From: Amoebidium appalachense
Lineage: Eukaryota > Protista > Ichthyosporea
Direction of reading: 5' to 3'
Assembly (NCBI GenBank): GCA_963693365.1
Contig: CAVNZM010000001.1
Coordinates: 20,096,125 to 20,160,124 of the forward strand
DNA: 64,000 bases
Shown here: piece after piece, positions 48,365-64,000 of the stretch
Layout of the letters: each line of letters begins with the position of its first letter
How positions within the stretch are numbered: position 1 is the stretch's first letter
Translations under genes and position numbers: made by a program
Notes under the pieces: generated by a model
What the model saw: only the letters and a program-made list of their open reading frames with translations
Database searches by the model: none
What the model was told of the DNA's origin: nothing

Positions 48365-50269
48365 GATGAATGCCAGGGGGAATAACAGGGAAGCAAGCGT
48401 GGTTGTCAACGGAGAAAGAGTGGCCGGGAGCTTAGTGCTACCTGCAAGGCATTCAAGCGCCAAAAAAGAAAGGAGTTGAAGGGTGGAAAACGAAGACACA
48501 ACTGACAACGGCGGATGCCGAAAGGAATTTTTGAATGTTTGTGTATGTCGCACCCACCCATGGCAATCCCACGGCTCAGCCGGAGAAAGACTATTTTGCG
48601 TGTCGTGATAACTGACCAATAATAATATTTATATAGACAAAATGCATGTTTTAAAGGTTTAAAAAGACATAAGAAAGAAATTAAGCTCGTGATATAAAGT
48701 CGCCAAATGGCAGAATATGGCGCCCTTTTTGTATTGGTTAGAAGACTCGATGGAATCTTTGTGAGTCGTTGGCCCAATAAGATCGGCTTTTTTTCCTCCT
48801 TCCAAATACGGAGCTGGAATTGATATTTTTCCATTCAAGGTACAGGTATACAGAGCTGTGTGCCCTCATTTCAAAACTAATTTTTTTTTATTTATTTGCC
48901 TAGATCGTCTGCGCCTGCCACTTTGTGACTGGATGCCATAATCAATTATCGTGTGTGTTGTCAGGCGCTTTCCCAGAAAACTTATCGGACACGTGGCGGA
49001 TACAAGTTGGCGGGATTTGATTCGGTGTTGCTAAGATAAAGAATTTTGCGTTAACAGTACGAAAAATAAACAGCAAAGCGTTTCGTGATTTGTAGCTAAT
49101 AATGTCGCGTTATATATAGCGTAACCAATGGAAGGACCCCACGTGCACTCACAATTCTATGTGACCAACCAACGCTTGCAAAAATTAGTGGAATGTAACC
49201 CGTTTATTTAGATTACGCCAAAGTTTTTGTCCGGATCCCGCATGTGTGGCCTAAGCTGCCGGGGTCCGGGTGGCCCATGTTGAGAGCTTGAGTTCACTGA
49301 GTGGCCTGTAGCGGCCTGAGGGCCGTCAGAGCACCGTTCAGTCCCTTCTCCATAACCTATATGTATCATTTAACTTGTATATGCTCATCTTTAAAGTGAT
49401 TACGTAGCTTTTCTTGACACTTTTCTTTTGTCACCGTCACCATGCGGTCGCTGCCAGGCCGGGGCCCTCGTGATTCGCTGGTGTGGATGGGGTAATTCAC
49501 CCCTACCAATATGATGCGCTCTACATACATACATACAGCCCTTGCAATAACAGGCTATTACAATCCAACATATTTATGTACTACCTATTCAAATTATAAA
49601 TCTGGCGTTTATTATTATATGGTCGTTATTAGCCTATATACCACTAGCCTGTCACCTGTGTTCCCTGTGGGGTCCAGCTAAAAGCTATATATTTTGGCTT
49701 GGCCGGCCCGCGAGCCTCGGGCCGGGCCGTACAGGCTATGTAGTTAAAAGTAAATTACTCTTCATGCTGATCCGACATCTTGTTCGTGGACATCTTACCA
49801 TCTTTTGACGTTTCAGCATCTTGTAACGCCTTTGTAACGTGGCCCAGGAATTCGAAATGCACTTTTCCGTGCCTTCAAATCACCGCGAGAGCAATAAAAT
49901 ATGATCATGATCATGAAACAGCTGGGTGTAACAGTTGCTCTAGGAGGCCCTGTATTATGTTAGTAAGTGTAAGCATAATAAGCCACGGTGTTGCTCATGG
50001 TTCGGTGCTCATGTGTTTCAGGTCCATGGTAGGCTAATTAGAAAGCGAGAGCACCCAATGCAATGTTGCATCAGTACCACGTGGAGCCTCACATGCTCCC
50101 CCCCCCCCCCCCCCCCCCCCCTCCTCCTCCCCCCCCCCCCCCCCCTCCCACCACCACCACCACCACACAAACACACCCATGGCCCATCCACACCCATTCT
50201 TCAACGACCCCGGGCCCTGCACCCTAGCCAGACACAGGCTCTTGGTTTTTCCCCTCCTCCGGCCCGACC

Positions 50270-51380
<1,111 letters not shown>

Positions 51381-51793
51381 CGTCTCCCCCAATGATAAAT
51401 CATTGATAACTTTATCGTAAAACTGAAAAGGAGGGCATGGCCTGCCCCCTCCCCTTCGCTCGTTGCAAGACAGGCCTCTCCAAATTAATCAACTTATTAA
51501 GGGGCTTTAGACACACCTTAATACGCTTTGGGCATGACATACAATGGCGATGTGCCATACTATGCCACGGCAGTCGTATACGACAAGCTGACCTGTGTAC
51601 ACTGCAAGTACTTGAGGTGTAACTTAGGTTCACTTGACTCCAATGTTGAGATTGGCAAAAACATTAAATTTGGATGCTGCTTGGAGCTGTGGGTTTGCTT
51701 CTGCTACTGGGTCATGGTTGTTTACCAAGAGTTAAAAACACACACGGTGTCTCACACACACACAGTGTCACGCATGAACGCTCACGGGCAGTG

Positions 51794-51866
<73 letters not shown>

Positions 51867-52011
51867 CGCGCGCATGTGTGCATGCACACAGACACACACG
51901 GCCACGCACATATCGCACACACATACACACACGGTCACGGACACATGACACACACATGCCGTCACCGTCACCAGCGGTCCAACCTGCCCCGCCCCTTCCT
52001 CCTCGAGCCCC

Positions 52012-52057
<46 letters not shown>

Positions 52058-53300
52058 AAAAAAAAAAAAAAAGAAAGAAAGAAAAGAAAAGGCACACCTA
52101 CCAACGTGCACCCACACGACAGTCACCCAACCACAAAGGTTGTATTGGTTAGTTCTCCCCAACATCACACACACAGCGGAAGCCAGAGATGTGTGCTGTC
52201 GATCATAATGCCGTTGCCATCTAATTCACCGATATATATCAAAGAACCGTGACACCGTGAGGGTAAATATATGTACATAAACTAGGCCATGATTCATAAC
52301 CAAGAGAAAATACAATTTTCTCGGATAACCATTTCATGCACTACACACTCTCTAGATCTGGCATGCATGTGCCAGGACACCACAGTGTTGCCTCATATCC
52401 ACACACAAATTACACACCACAAAATAATATATGGCAACAACCACAGCTACTAGGCTTCACGAGTCTTAATGCTCTCCCCTTTCCATACATATCAGGTCAT
52501 GCTACTTTATTTTTATGATAACAACACTACTTACATCATGGTATATGGGACGTATTTACTTTTACTTGTGTTAAGCAAGTCACGAAGACTACAACCTATG
52601 TACAATATGTTCATATATTCACTAGGGGTTCTAGGAAGTGTTTACAGTGTGTGTGATTCTAAAAGGTTCACGGGCCTGCACCGTAGTCCCGCAGGCAATC
52701 TCAGACTTACTCTAATCAGTAAATGCAGTGGACATGTTGCTTAATATAAGCGAGTCCAGCTTATTTACCAGCTGTGTGACACAAACGTATGTATGTACAT
52801 AATTTTGTTTGCATGCCTCGTTTGGTGGTTGTGTATACATGTGATGAAATTATATTTTTGCAGGTTGCACGTGTGTCCGTTGACAGTATGTTGTGGTGTA
52901 TATACGTACGTATTATATTTGGGTATGTGTAAGCTAGAAGCAGGGTGAAGCTCTATTAAAATTACGAGGGGAACCAAATGACAATTTTATTCTAAGGCAC
53001 CAAGGGGAAGAGGAGGAGGGGGAGGGGGGGGGGGGGGAGGGGGGGGGAGGGGGGGGGGGGGGGGGGAGGGGAGGTGGTGGTGGGGTGGGGGTGGTGGTGG
53101 GGGGAGGGGGGGGGGGGTGGGGGGGGGGGTGATGCCATCCAGCAAGCGTGCGGGTACACATCATTAATAGCAAACATAAAAGAGTTGGGTTTCAGGCCAA
53201 TCCAAGCACCACAAACCAAAAAGAGAAATAAGTTAAATGCACACCATTAACGGCACAGGCAATTGTGCCGCTACTCGCCGTGACTCGTAGCCAGTTGGGT

Positions 53301-63835
<10,535 letters not shown>

Positions 63836-64000
63836 CTGCAGAGAAACATACACAGCAACACGAGATTCGATTAACTCGATTACAGCTAGATCGGCATGCA
63901 TGGGTCACACAACAAACAAGCCATGTGCACGAACAAGTGCAGTGTTGTATGTCTCTGCTGATGCGTCTTGTCAAACGTAGCATGCATGGTGATACAAACC

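Noticed and set aside
49645-49738. Small element bounded by TAGCCTGT/ACAGGCTA with a GC hairpin
   Set aside because: An 8-bp inverted repeat with no second copy in the window is compatible with chance.

Overview
Eukaryotic, intron-rich genomic DNA saturated with (CA)n/(GT)n, (CT)n/(GA)n and long poly(C)/poly(G) tracts, so most six-frame ORFs are microsatellite artefacts. Manual splicing (GT-AG, phases checked) gives seven genes: an alpha/beta-hydrolase fused to a DUSP11/RNGTT-type RNA 5'-phosphatase (+), a Tim29-like gene (+), a head-to-head pair of ~1100-1200 aa paralogues that appear to carry two tandem, catalytically degenerate ERCC4 (MUS81-like then EME1-like) domains, a MARVEL membrane protein (+), an unknown ~305 aa protein (-) and a CDC25-type RasGEF (-). 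Gene content suggests an opisthokont, probably a unicellular holozoan (inference). Most notable: (i) a dispersed repeat family embedded in poly(C) runs, 5'-truncated with a fixed 3' end, whose two longest, divergent copies share a ~160-nt RNA fold with compensatory changes and a covarying pseudoknot; (ii) (CA)n replacing the polypyrimidine tract at many 3' splice sites; (iii) the tandem-ERCC4 pseudonuclease pair. Non-autonomous DNA transposons are also present. All protein family calls come from motif recognition by eye, not database searches.
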